Source: Paragordius varius (Eukaryota > Animalia > Nematomorpha). From it: a DNA stretch of 64,000 nucleotides. Below, one piece after another: positions 28,201-40,909 of the stretch. Location: assembly GCA_964247055.1 (NCBI GenBank), contig OZ176055.1:6572001-6636000 (forward strand). Direction: 5' to 3'. Position 1 is the stretch's first letter. Every line of letters begins with the position of its first letter. The position numbers were made by a program, and so were the translations under genes. The notes under the pieces are model-generated. The model was not told the DNA's origin, searched no databases, and saw only the letters and a list, made by a program, of their open reading frames with translations.

Positions 28201-31200
28201 AAATATTTGCATTTCAAGAAAATTTACAACCTTGAAGTAAATATATCACTCAAACAATCGGTTCCTTAAAGTGAATCATGAAAAATACTTTTATCTCAGA
28301 TGTAAATAATCTAAGCACAAAGAACAGAAGATACTACAAATGGTTCGCAAAAATGTGCCCCTGACTTCTGTCCTATGCATTGTATAAAACCACCCCAATC
28401 TCTTTTAAATACGAAGTAGAAACTACTTCATGACCCACGATCATTTCAACTAGAGGGAAAAACGCAAAAAACCGCTCCACATTGCAAAAAATATTATGTA
28501 TAAAAAAATCCTAAATTATCACAGATTAATCGTAAAATAAAGGTAAAATTTGGACTGCAAAAGTACGGCTAGGCTGATCAAAAAAAATATATTAAAATTT
28601 ATTTAAGTTAAAAGACGTTGATAATCTGAATAAAAAATGCATTAAAAACCAAATGTATAAGAACTTATAAAATAAAAACTTACATGCATACATAAAATTT
28701 ATGCACTATAATTACGCATTGAACCCAAACACAAAACATATTAAAACCTAATTGTTAGTTAAGTTATTGATTCTCTGTTTTGATGGTAGTTCGTATAACC
28801 TATTTGCAAAGGCTACGAAACGCATCGTTGAGATTTACATTTAATTTTAGATCTTTTATGAGGATAATTACTCAGTCTTTATGGGGTCAACCCCTATTAT
28901 TTTTGCATAGTTAAGCTATGGTGGTAGTGACAAGCAAATTTTAAAGGGCCAAGGCCATAATATTGATAAAATTTAAATGCTGTTAAACACATTTTAAGCT
29001 ATTTATATTTAAAATAAGTACTTAAGGACCATAAATAAGCACTTTTAGGGCTGCATGGAGCCCCTGTGAGGCAGTTTAAATATCAATATTAGTATGTATT
29101 GTATGCAAGTCATTCCTAGCGAATCAAAAAATGCTGGCTCATGACATCAACTAAAATACCAAAAAGATCCAAAATTTGCAGGCAAAAAAATTTTAAAAAC
29201 CAATCCTGTTTGTACATATAAAAATCCCATCCTTATTATTTATAACAATAATTTTGATCCGTACATAATACGAAAAAATATACCCAAAATCAAAATGTTT
29301 TGATGACTAATCATTTACGATTCGCTTGAGATAGAGACTGACGCCCTCAGGGGGAACATTACCTACAATACACGCTTAATTACAAAAATATAATAGGAGG
29401 GAAACCGCTAAAGATTGGGTAATCACCCCCATCAGAGAATCTGATTATGTACACTTTAATAAATCTGAATTATGCGCACGATCGTACCCTCTGAAATAAT
29501 ACACACCCAATGAAGAATTAGGTTTTATTTAATATTTTTTGAATTTGGGTTCAATGTCCATAATTTTCTGCGCATTATTTTTCAGTGCATAAATTTATTG
29601 TATACATTTAGTTTTCAACTCATTTATTGTAATATGTTTGCTTTTAGATGCAGTTTTTTTAGAAAAAAAAATACACGTCTTTAAAATTAAAGACTAAAAT
29701 TAATACACACTAACCATTCTATTTGCAAACAAGCAAATAAAAATTAATCCTTTTTTCTTTACTTAGGTTGGTATTCTGATAATTAGTATCCGCAGCGGCT
29801 GCCTTTATAGTTTCTGACCATCTCACACTTTCTTGGAGTTCCAACCAACGGGCTTTGTAATCATTGCGTTCCATAATAACACGAGCCATTTCAACGCGTG
29901 TAAATCGCTTATTACTTGTATTCGTTTTACTCTAAACAAACAACATAAATTTTGTATAAAAGAAAAAGCACATTTTTATGTGAAACAATATGCGCGTTTA
30001 TGCTAGCTTATTCACATTATAATTGGTCAATTGTCAACACAGTAGTGTATGGGAAAAAACAGCGATATGTTTAAATTAAACAATTTTTTCCTACTTATAT
30101 TTCTTTGTTTATTTAATTACGGATGTAATTTATTTTATAATACACGCTACTGTATTACAATTCTAATAAAATGTAAAAGCCAGAAATAAATTTGCATACA
30201 ATATAATTAAGTTGAATGATGTTTCTATAATAATAAATCCCATTTTATACGTAAAATTATCCAAATAATTAAATATTTCAGTATAAACTTATAGAGTTTT
30301 CACATATAAATTTGTTAAAATGGATATTTTTAAAGAAAAGATATTTTTAATTTACATTCTAGTAAAACATATGTTACAAAATATAACAAAATTAATATGC
30401 AAAGGTATTTATTGGGGAAGATTAATATCGTTTATATAGTGAATTATAATTTTACTTATTTAAAACTTTTTGTATATTTTGAAAAATTTATAGTTATAAT
30501 GTTGAGAAAACTGGATTATAAAAGACAAAAAATATTTAAATGTAAAAATAAACGGATAGTCTTGTTTAGTTTAATTACCTCATCCGATTCATTTTGGGAG
30601 TCTTTATCAAATTTATCTAACAATGTTTTATTGGCTTCTTTACTGGCCTTAAGTTCATTTTCAAGTTCCATTATTTTAGTGTCGAAATTCTCTTTAATCT
30701 TTTGTAGATTATCAATTTCCTCACGTAAAATTTCTTGTTCGCTAAATTAAATATAAATTAAAAATAGTGTCAATTCGAAACAACTAAAGGTTTACTGGAG
30801 TAGTTATTAAAGGGTTTGAAACACATTAATTAACATACATTTCATTTCGATCAACACAAGTCCAAAAATTAATATTCTATTTAATTTTATATTTTAATAT
30901 ATGATTTAATAAAATGGAAAAAGTTTTGTTACATGAATAAATTTAACCATATCAAACCCCTATATATATATATATATAGAAACATATGTATATAAGGTAA
31001 CTATACCTTGTCAATTCATCCACTTTCATAATTAAATCATCCTTTACAATATTGAGTGCATTTCTAAATTATGAAAAAATAACATTTTAAATGTAATATC
31101 ATCTGAGTATTTAAATTATTCAAAAATGGTTAAAATATTTTATTAAATTACTTGGTGGCCAAAAGTTCATTGTTTTCTTCAATCAAATTTTCAACCTCTT

Positions 31201-34200
31201 TACCCATTGCTTGATTATATAAATATTAAAATATTTTTCATACCATATATGTGGTCCGTAGCTATAAATAATATAGGAATGATAAAATAAATTCAAAAAA
31301 GTGGCATTAAATGTTAATAAATAACTTATAAAAATACCTGTTAAACTACTCTCCTCAACTAATATATGGTATTTTAAATGAAAAATTTATCAGTAATTCA
31401 AAAAATTTCAGTTAATGAACTTAATTTTCCAACAATAAATTTTTAAATGATAGATATAAAAAATTTAACCTGTTAAATTATTCTCATCAACTAAAAAAAG
31501 TTATTAAAAATTAGGAATATGAAATTACAGTAAAAATTAAAATTATACAGAAAAAACGTAAAAACAAAAAGTTTAGTAAAAGACCACTATCTTTCTTGAT
31601 TTTAAATATGAATCATTGTTTTACATTGCAAAGTAGGAAAAGGAGATGTAACTACAATATTATATATTTTACGATTGTAATTAAATAATTTATATAAAAG
31701 GATTATGATATAAAAAGTATGGGTTGTCTTTAAAAAATATTTGTCATGATGTTTTGTTCGTTAAAATCCTAATATTTACTATAAATCAACCAAAAATAAA
31801 ATTTAAAAAACCGTTAATTTACTTGAAATATTGTCCGTTAAGGAATTAGCCTTTGTCGAAGTTACCGTATTGATATTTGTTGGTGCTTCCAAGGAACCAG
31901 GGCTAAAACCAGAATCATGAATTAAATTCGGTGACTTTTCACTAAATATTAATATTTATATAACATAAATAAATTTATGATAAAATTAAAAAATTCAATT
32001 ATAATAAAGATATTTATTAGCTTTTCTATTTAAATTATCGTAAATTTTTATGATATTGACTCAGATATTTGGTTGAAAATTAATTTAAAGAGTTACTTTG
32101 ATTGTGGAAGTAAATTGTCACTATCCAGAGGGTCATTTAATTTTTTTATTGTTGGTGCATCATGATTAGAAGTCCAATCATTAGCTAAAAAGAAAAAATG
32201 AGAATTAAAAAAAAGCATGAAATAATGTAATTTACAAATATTTTACCACTACTAATGGTAATTAAAAAAGATAAAAATAAATATTATTAAAAAATAGGCG
32301 CCCTAAAACTATTTTGTAAGGATATTAATATCCTTGTTCAATATAAAAAAAAATTTTGGCAAAACCATTATTAAACTTAAAAATGAATAGGATTATTTCT
32401 CTTTTCATAAACCAATTTTAAAAAATATTAAAGCATAATCCAAGCAGAAGTATCGAATTGTAACAAAGTTATTGTTTTAATATCATTAAAATTCTAAAAA
32501 TCTACCTCACTTTTAAATACGTTATGATGTGTAGACCCACTTTTATTAAATACTGTAAATAGTTAAAAGTTTATCACCAACCAACCTTATATGACAAAAG
32601 GATAAAAAATGGTATTTTCTAAACATGATATTTATTCAGTAAAAAAATAAATAAACACAAAATTATACCATCATAATTTTCATCAAGAGCAAAATCTTCG
32701 ATGTCATCATCGAATGTTTTGGAGGAATCATATTGTTTATATTGTTTTGATGGAAAAAACGCTTGTTTGCTATACATGTGAATGAAAAAATGTTTTTAAT
32801 GTAAAAAAATATCTATACAGACATAATAATATAAGTTTAAAACTTTAAAAATTATTAAATCAAATAATTTCGATTAAAATCAATTATCGTTTACGGTTTT
32901 CGAATATAATAATAATACAAAAAGTAAATAACTATATTAAGTCGTTGATATAATAATTTTGAATAATAACACAAGATTGACTTTTTTAAGTGCCATTCTT
33001 GTAAGTTTAAAATTTATTTCAATAAAGTACATATATAGTAAATCTGAAAAATAAATTGGTCTAACACCTAATAATTTAATTTTATTATGGTTTATCGAAA
33101 AATTTTGGCCCCGATTTGTCATTAAACTCGAGATTTTCAAAATGTGTAGATATAAGCCATGTAATTTATACATTCGAGAGAGCGCAAAAAACTGAATCTT
33201 TCGAATGGTATTTAGTCATTTAAATCGATCTAATTTAATTATTTGATTTTATATGGTAAAAATTTTCAGACAAACTAATTAATTATATAGATTATTTCAA
33301 TATTAGGGTTACGTTAGTATAAAATTTAAAAAAAAATCTTTGAAAAGTTTAAGGTTTTCATTTTAATAATTATTATTATCAAAATAATTTTACTTAATAG
33401 ATATTAAAATGCATAGTTAAAACTGTAGGTTTATAAAATGGCTATAAAAGATCAAATACCTTAAAATATATTTCTAGTCTTTGAAATTTTATATTTATAA
33501 GCCCTCTAATATAATATTTTTTAATGACATAAAAGTAATAAATAAGTGTTTAATCAAAAAAAAACTCTATTGTGTTATCTTTTTTAGACATTCATTGTCA
33601 TCTAGACAAAGTTTAAGCAATTTTCATCCATTAGTTTTAAAAATATATTAATTAAGAAAACGGTCTCGCTTCGCGGGTTTGTCGCTTCCTTTGGCCATTA
33701 TTAAGTATCGATTGAAAACATATAAGTTTGCATTTTATAGAATTTTCATTACTCTTTCGAAAGATGTATTACTTTTTGGTAAAATTTTATTAAAGAGGGG
33801 GCATAATCATAAAAAAATCAAATTATACAAAATTCTTAGGTGGAATTATAATAAATATATCAACTGTTAAAATAATAGAAAATATAAGAAAATGCAAAAA
33901 GCTCGCAAGGCAAAAAAATTTGTTGTCTAGTGTAATAATAATAATAATAATATAGCAATTAAATAAAAATAGTTATGAAACACAAATTTTTCATTAATAT
34001 AAATAATTAATATTCGTATTGGACATAAAGGTCATAAAAATTTATTAATTTCCACCATTTTCATAAAACACCGATTATAAGTCTAATACTAAGCTTAATT
34101 CCAGATAGTAAATCATAATTATTATGCCATAAGATAGTACGTAGATATAACAAATATAAAAATATGTTTTAAATTAAAATATATTAAAAAATTCTCATAA

Positions 34201-34896
34201 ATATAAAACTATAGGATCTATACTCCCTGTTCATTATAAAAATGAATAACAAAATATAATAAAAACTTTGACATTTCATTATCAGATGGTGAGGGGAGCC
34301 CATTAGAGTTTGTTTTGTTACGCAACTTTATTTTTTCTTTAAAATCTAAATGTGTTTTGAAGAGCTGCAAAGTATAAAAAAAAAGTTAACCTCCGAATAC
34401 CTATCATGCAATTTAGCATAATCTTTTTTCCATTCGGACTCGCGTTCTTCTAATCTAAGAGCTGAAATAAAAATGTTTATAAACCATGATCTGAAGAGTT
34501 TTTTGATTTTAGTTCGAGAATGTGAACCAAAGATTCCAAACTTTTAATTTTATCCTTAAATTCTTTTTTGGTCTCTTCACATATATCATCTAATTCGAGA
34601 TATTTATGCTCTAATGATCTCTTCAAAGTTTTTTCTTTTTCGTATTGATTAATTAATTGAAGGTTATCTTCCCTTAATAATTCAATTTCAGCTTTAGACT
34701 CATCATAATTATGCTCTGAATTCTCTAAATTTTCAAGCAAGGACACAATACAAGGCATTAAATTTTTGACAACATTTGGGCCATATTGACCTATCAATAG
34801 TTCAAATTCTTGATAGATATTCCTGGCGAGCTCTTGTACTTTGTGAGAAACGTTCTCCTGCAGATTTAAAACAGTTTCTATATGTTTATTGTCCAT
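19236..34896 (-). CDS. JIP3: JIP3 / SPAG9 / unc-16 / Sunday driver (JNK-interacting kinesin-1 adaptor), multi-exon
   Basis: First exon 34485-34896 encodes RH1 (VSHKVQELARNIYQEFELLIGQYGPNVVKNLMPCIVSLLENLE). MGKEVENLIEENNELLATK lies near 31150-31210 and a coiled-coil exon near 30580-30745. RH2 (KRFTRVEMARVIMERNDYKARWLELQESVRW) lies near 29763-29930. GGGETRDGG is near 24690 and PTMWIA near 23060. FHGHRDAVKF is near 20130, and the terminal LIVWKID* ends at 19236. Confidence 0.95.
27610..28113. mobile_element. hAT-type MITE in a JIP3 intron (hosts a nested MITE)
   Basis: TIR CAGGGGTGTTGA / TGAACACCGCTG and a GC-rich GGCCCGCG subterminal region. The 8-bp flanks GTTGAAAG and GTCTAAAG match at 6/8. 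Confidence 0.7.
27648..27882. mobile_element. MITE, family 1, nested inside the hAT MITE
   Basis: TA|CCATTTACAGTTCAAATTCAC ... GAATTCGAATTGTAAATGA|TA; same termini as the two RIM-intron copies. Confidence 0.7.
28945..29075. mobile_element. Degenerate fragment related to the hAT MITE at 57459-57675
   Basis: Shares CCATAAA-AAGCACTTTTAGGGC(T/C)GCAT...GTTTAA with the right end of 57459-57675; no intact termini. Confidence 0.4.
31338..31358 (-). CDS. JIP3 21-nt microexon 2 (VEESSLT)
   Basis: ttag|TTGAGGAGAGTAGTTTAACAG|gtat; phase 1-1, in frame between the flanking JIP3 exons. Confidence 0.65.
31470..31490 (-). CDS. JIP3 21-nt microexon 1 (IDENNLT)
   Basis: ttag|TTGATGAGAATAATTTAACAG|gtta; phase 1-1, paralogous to 31338-31358. 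Confidence 0.65.
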
Positions 34897-35899
34897 AATA
34901 AAATAAAAATTCTTTAATATGAAAGTAGTGAGAGATAAACATTAGGAAAACCATAAAATCATTAACAAGGATGAGACGAAATAAATTTAAATGCTTATAA
35001 AAAACTGATTTTTCTTTACCAAGATTATGTGTGAAGAGATGTTATTATAAAAACTTTAGTTTCAATCGTCTTTTAGCCTATAGCGATATAAATTAATTTG
35101 TTTGTTGATATATCATAAACATTAATATACAAATTAAATTATGTTAACTAGTGTCCTTAACATATTATCAATATTGTTGAAAGATCTGAAAAGAATGGTT
35201 TATTATGTTAATAAAATTAACAAAATGGACAAACTGTCATTAATAAAATTTAAAAACCTCGTATAGCTATGCGCCATCATTTCAAAATTGCAAGGTATAA
35301 AAAAAATATCCCAATTTGCAACAGAATGCAACACATTCACAGTCCTCCAATTCGAATTGGGGTCTTAAGAGACGCCAGGCCTGTTTAAAATCAAATTTTA
35401 CTATAAATATGAAGCAAATTAAAACCGTAGCAATTGTTTGGACTTATAAAACATTGAAGCACCGAAAGATAAAAAAAAATATTCATCTAAAAAAACTAAA
35501 TATTACTGATTTTATGGATGAACCTTAAGGTAAAATTTCAGTCAACGTGATGCAATAGCTAAATGAAAAAATGATGCCAAATAAACCCATTTTTATGTTA
35601 TATCAATGTTAGATGTGATTTAAAAAAATAGCTTTAATTAGGTTTAGAATCAAATAAACATATTATTTTTGAATGATGTTGTAATCTAAATGGCGCCGGT
35701 TTGGTACTTTTTTCAAAACCAAATTAAATATTTTTGAATTATTTATATAATTTTTATTAGGGTAGATGCATAAATTTAAATCGAAACTGTTTCTTTTGGT
35801 TTTTTGAAAATATCTATTTTAATGTAGTGGGTCCCTAAATACCCCATTTCAATTAAAGTGTTTATATTGCAGCAACATCCTCCCGTCTTATTTTATCAT

Positions 35900-36035
35900 G
35901 TCCCGACATCTAAATACAATATAAACATAGTAATGGGGCTCAATGATACCCGATAGCTCACTGGATTCTTTGTATGTCCTTTCCTATTAGGGTATTATTC
36001 CTTCCAACTCAATACGTTCCAATCACCTATATGTA
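35900..36035 (-). mobile_element. Possible degenerate LINE reverse-transcriptase fragment
   Basis: Reads WKE*YPNRKGHTKNPVSYRVSLSP, resembling the non-LTR RT N-terminal motif WKxAxVxPIxKKGxxxxxxNYRPISL; contains a stop codon. Confidence 0.4.
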
Positions 36036-37585
36036 TTTTACTTGGGCGTGGTGGTGAAAAAATATATTAATATAACTTGCAAGTTTTTCAAGTCATGGCT
36101 TGTTATTATGTCATAAATGTTAACAATAGAGTAATATGTCAAGCAAAAAAATTTTGATTCGGAGGTGAAAATCATATGAGCAAGTAAAACTTTTTGCAAA
36201 TGGGGTGTAGGGCACACTTGACAGATTTAAATATATATATATTTTGGAAATTATATATGTATATAACGTTCATAATTAAAAATTATGTTATGTTATAAAC
36301 TGTTTATTTTATAATTTTTGTCGAATCAAATAGTGGGTGGATACAAAAGAGGGTAACTTTTTAACTGCTAATATTTATAAACAATGCATCTAAAAATATC
36401 TTAAATTTATCAATTCCGTGAACTAAAAAAAATTGATTGACGAAAATATCTTATAAGTAAATATTAATCTTGTTATTGTCAAATTTTCATTTTACATAAA
36501 ACGCTAAAGATTAATTCACCTTAAACATGTAAAGATTTTTTTCATCAAAATTTATTTCAAATATAATGTAATAATCAATAAAAAATAATATTTTGTTGCA
36601 TAAGCGTGGCATTATATTTGCAAATGTCCTAACAAAATGAGTAGCAAATCATGAAGCAGCTTGGAGATATAATCTCTGGAAATTTGTGGTGGACAATGTG
36701 GCAGATAATTTACTGAAATTACGCAAAATATACAAATAACTAATTCATGATAACTCTGGAAAAATACTCTACAATTATTATGGATAAATAATTAAAATAA
36801 ATTATGTAATTGTGGTAAAACAATATTAGAAAGGTGTTTTAAGGGCGATGGTTTCATCAACCTTAAAATTTTGGGTACCGGACTCAATATTTTAAAAAAA
36901 ATATAATATTATAATAACATACGTGCCATTGAGTTTAATAAATTTAATAAATCCATTTTATATTGATAGTCTATCTTTTTGTGCCTTATTTCATAAATTT
37001 TAAAAAATGATCAAAATAATTTTTATAAACATCTAATTAGGCAGAAAAATGTTACATTAAGCAAAAGACTTGACTTAAGTGTTTTTATCACCGATCTTCA
37101 AGTGTAAACTTGCTTAACTTGCCACACTTAACTTAGTCAATGTACGCCACCCATTTTATACATTTAGTCATTTTAATTAGAGTAATTTCATATAGTTTGC
37201 TAGGGCATTTAAAAAGCTTGTGGCATAGGAAACCCATGTTCATAAACTAAGTATAAAACTTTTATTGCTATTGCTCGATATCGTGAAATCGAAAAATTAG
37301 CGCACATTATGCCAAATAAAATTTTTGTGGTAAAAGCCAAAAGCTTTAGTCTAAATAATATCTATGATATAATATTTAGATGTGAGCTACCAAAGCCACA
37401 ATATGCCCTTAGAATGGAGAAATATAGGGGCAAATTGCCGATTCCCAATACTATTTCTCAATTGGAGAAATTTTTTAAATAAATATTTTGTTTATTTATA
37501 AAAAAATTATGGTGCAGTGAGTTTTAAGGTATTTTGAACCTTGGTGTAAACAATAAAATGTCACTTTGAGATATGATAAGAACAC

Positions 37586-38006
37586 TTTTTTTATTTTTAG
37601 ATGTCATATTACTTCAAAAAATAAAAAATTTATTTGTCTTCTTATTTATGTTGAATTTAATAGGTATTATTACGAATATATATCAAAATTTGACTACTTT
37701 TAAATTTATATTCATACATGAATGTAATGTTCAGTATACTCGTATTATATTAAAAAACTGTTTTAGTAATAGAGCGTTTATACAGTTTCGATCATGCTAT
37801 AATATAGCATTAAGCGACGTCAACAAAATTTGGCTAAAAATTAAATTTTTGAAAATATGCATTTTTTCAAAAATATGATTTTGCCTTAATCTAGCATGTA
37901 TCAATAAATTTTAGCGGACATTTTTGCGTTTATTTTGAGAGAACTAGCCCATTTTATGGGAGGGAAAACATTAAGGACTTTCGAGACCCACATCTAAAAA
38001 TAAAAA
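37586..38006. repeat. Dispersed repeat / possible MITE with terminal inverted TTTTATTTTTAGATGT
   Basis: A ~17-bp inverted repeat sits at the ends. Segments match 45391-45420 (AGATGTGGG...AAAGTC) and 45925-45980 (TTTTTGCGTTTATTTT...CCATTTTAT). Confidence 0.4.
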
Positions 38007-39271
38007 TTTTATAAAAATATCGTTTTGCCTTTTCCATATAGCATATGACATATTGTAATGATATTTTTTGGAATGATGCAAGCTAGCTATTACCAAAAAA
38101 ATTGATTTAGCATAATGTCCGCTGGTGATTTTGCGATATCGGGCAATTACCACATAAGTGCAAATAACTTTCTTATGACATTCGCAATCCCCAAAGCAAA
38201 AGTACCATGAGAATCCTGATACATTTATCTATCAAAGTATATAAATTTTATCAAGACATTTATACTTTTGGGCGCAGTGTATATTTTATTATGAACGGTT
38301 TTTACCCTTTAGCTTCTACCAAAAAAATATAAGTAAATATGCGATTTTTTTATTTTACCATAAAAGCTGTAGTCGTAAGCCGCAAAACCTAACGTACTTA
38401 AGATTCCAGATATTGTTGTGTTACTCAAAATTCATAATTTTTTTATCTAACGATGATGAATTTTGATGAAGCTATGTATGTGAAAAAGACGTTATATATA
38501 TATATATATATATTATGGTAAATGACTAAAATAAGTCAAAATAGTTCAGTATCAGTAGGTTGGAAATTGTTATGATCTTTTGAAAAAGCCTTAGCTATAA
38601 TCTCAGTTATTTTATTTTTGGTCGACAATATAAACGGAAATTATTATATCGTTTACTGAGGGTTCATTAATTTTAATTATTTTCCTGGATAACAATAGAA
38701 TAAAGAAACTTTTCAAATTTGTATTAAATTGACTTAAATAGTTTGGGATATAGCGTTTCTGACAAAATCAAACTCATTATCATTTTAATTTTTTTTTGAA
38801 TAATTTTCTTTATTAACCCGGAAGGTCCGATTTTAAGTACACATTTTCGTTCACAGAATATAATTAATAAGACCTTTTATTAACACTGACATAACAAATA
38901 TTTAATTAACGTAGGAGCAAATACAACTTATCCAATATAATTTATTTTTGAAAATTCACAAATTGCTTTTTTCATTCAACTAAAGAGTGGACAATTACCT
39001 TCTATTTTATTAAAGCACAGTTTTTATTAATAGATTGTTTGGAATAATAAACTCGGTGGTTTTTTATAAATTTTACAGATTGATCTTGCATTTTTAACAT
39101 GAAATGCATAATTAGTTATAATTATCTCAAATAATATCATAAATTACATAATTGTAATAACAGAGAGTATAATTAAATAAAATTAAAACACATGATTGAT
39201 ATATATATTATGTACAGATTGATTATATAAATTAAAAAAATATGAAAGTTAAACAAAAATTATATGAATTT

Positions 39272-39547
39272 TCATGCCAAATAAATATTGTCATAATCAT
39301 AATTCACTGCTGGATCTTCATTGGCGTATGTGAGGACATAATTGGTGGGCAGATATTTGGATCTCTTATGATATATGAACCGTTTCCCGAACAAACCACC
39401 ATTCATTAATTCTGGCATATGGCTTCTCCCGTTTCGATAAACTGCACGTCGAGTACTTTGGCCTGATACCTCATGTAGGGTTAGAAATAGATGCAAAGAT
39501 GATAACAGAATAAAGGTTAAGATTTTCGTGTTAGGGATTAGTTTCAT
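39272..39547 (-). CDS. Neuropeptide precursor, SIFamide/NLP-10-like (predicted AVYRNGRSHMPELMNGGLFamide)
   Basis: Single-exon 91-aa ORF with a hydrophobic signal peptide (ILTFILLSSLHLFLTL...VSG). An RR site precedes the peptide, which ends NGGLF-GKR (amidation plus dibasic cleavage); a further KR follows. It resembles AYRKPPFNGSIFamide and the NLP-10 peptide ending FNGGMYamide. Confidence 0.8.
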   Translation of the reverse strand: MKLIPNTKILTFILLSSLHLFLTLHEVSGQSTRRAVYRNGRSHMPELMNGGLFGKRFIYHKRSKYLPTNYVLTYANEDPAVNYDYDNIYLA

Positions 39548-40909
39548 GATGTGAATATTATATTATGTTGAACTAGGGCGCTCGTAAAGTTTTATATAAA
39601 TTTCAAAAACCAAAAAATATTTAATATAGGTTATGGTTACAATAAAGTAGCAGAGTATTAGGAAAAATAAAAATGTAAATTATGATAAAACAGGGTATAA
39701 TGAAAAAAAAATCGGGAAAATTTAAACGGGGAATATTATTTCTTATTTCACATCTCATTCATTATTTTTGTCTTCTACATACAAACTGTAAAACTTTATA
39801 TCACCAAAAAATGATATAATTACTCTTTCTCCTATCTATCTTTCTAGTAAAAGTTAGACATGATACAATTTTACTGTAGAATACACCTTATTAGTGATGG
39901 TTATTTCCTGGATTTTTAGCTTAATTTGTCCCAATATATATGTGTTGTTGCAAAAACAGTATGTACAATGATTTTGTACAGCTTTAAATTAATTACAATT
40001 AATTTATAATGTATAAAAATTATAGTTTTTTATGTAAATTTCTCTTGAAATATCTTATGCAAAACAGACCAAAGCGTAGGCAATGGAATAAAATTCTTTT
40101 GATACAAACTTTTTTTTCTTTTTGAGAGAGCAGACAAAGTGATTGTGTCTTAGCAGATAATTTAAATTCTAACATCACAATGTGATCGTTAAGGAAGCTG
40201 CAAATTAGTTTTATAGTTCTATTAACCTCTATAGCTAGCTTTTGAAAGTTTAAAGGTTAAATTCTAAAATTTGCGGATTTAATTAAAAATAATTAGCATT
40301 TCTTGCTAAACTAACTCCTACTCATCATATTTGTAATTTGCTTCATAATAAAAATTTAAACACCCAAAACAAACTTAATATACAACATTGATTTCGTCAT
40401 TATAAATAATTTATTGGGAATTTGTCAAAAATAAGCCTTGATTTATATAAAATTCTCTCTGTAAATAGTTAATAAAACCCCATTTAATGATTTCACAATA
40501 TATTTAATATTTTAAGGATTATATATTCATTAAAGTTGCACTGGTTAAGCTTTGCCCAATACAAACTACTTAATACAAATTAAATAATAATAATAATTTC
40601 CTTACACACCGTATTGACAATGTATATTCTGCTCAGGAAAAAAACAATACAACAACGTACGGTAACAAACAGCAAACGGTGGAAATCAAACAAATTTTTT
40701 CCTATGTTTTAGCATTACATTTGTGTATATCCTTTTTTATATTATACTTTAATGTAAATAATGTTAAAAATGGGAAAGTAACAATTGTTTTACCCTATAT
40801 ACGTTACTGTGTATGTTTGTAAATTTTACATTTTTCGATAAGAAACATGACATAGAAAAGGAATCGTAGAATTAGTAAAAACATTTATTTTTGTTCAAAA
40901 AAACTATTA

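Noticed and set aside
29330-29520. GC-elevated intronic patch, suspected retroelement fragment
   Set aside because: No recognisable protein motif in the frames I examined and no second copy in the window.
30397-30750. 117-aa plus-strand ORF
   Set aside because: It is antisense to a JIP3 coiled-coil exon plus intron and has AT-driven low-complexity composition.
33657-33930. Possible second Helitron 3' end (GC patch then CTAG|T)
   Set aside because: The hairpin is poor and no matching TC 5' end or homology to 660-2249 was found.
38100-38430. Possible decayed fifth paralogue
   Set aside because: Only loose FN3-like words (IWNLKY...LQLLW, INVSGFSWYFC) occur with several stops; none of the diagnostic family motifs is present.
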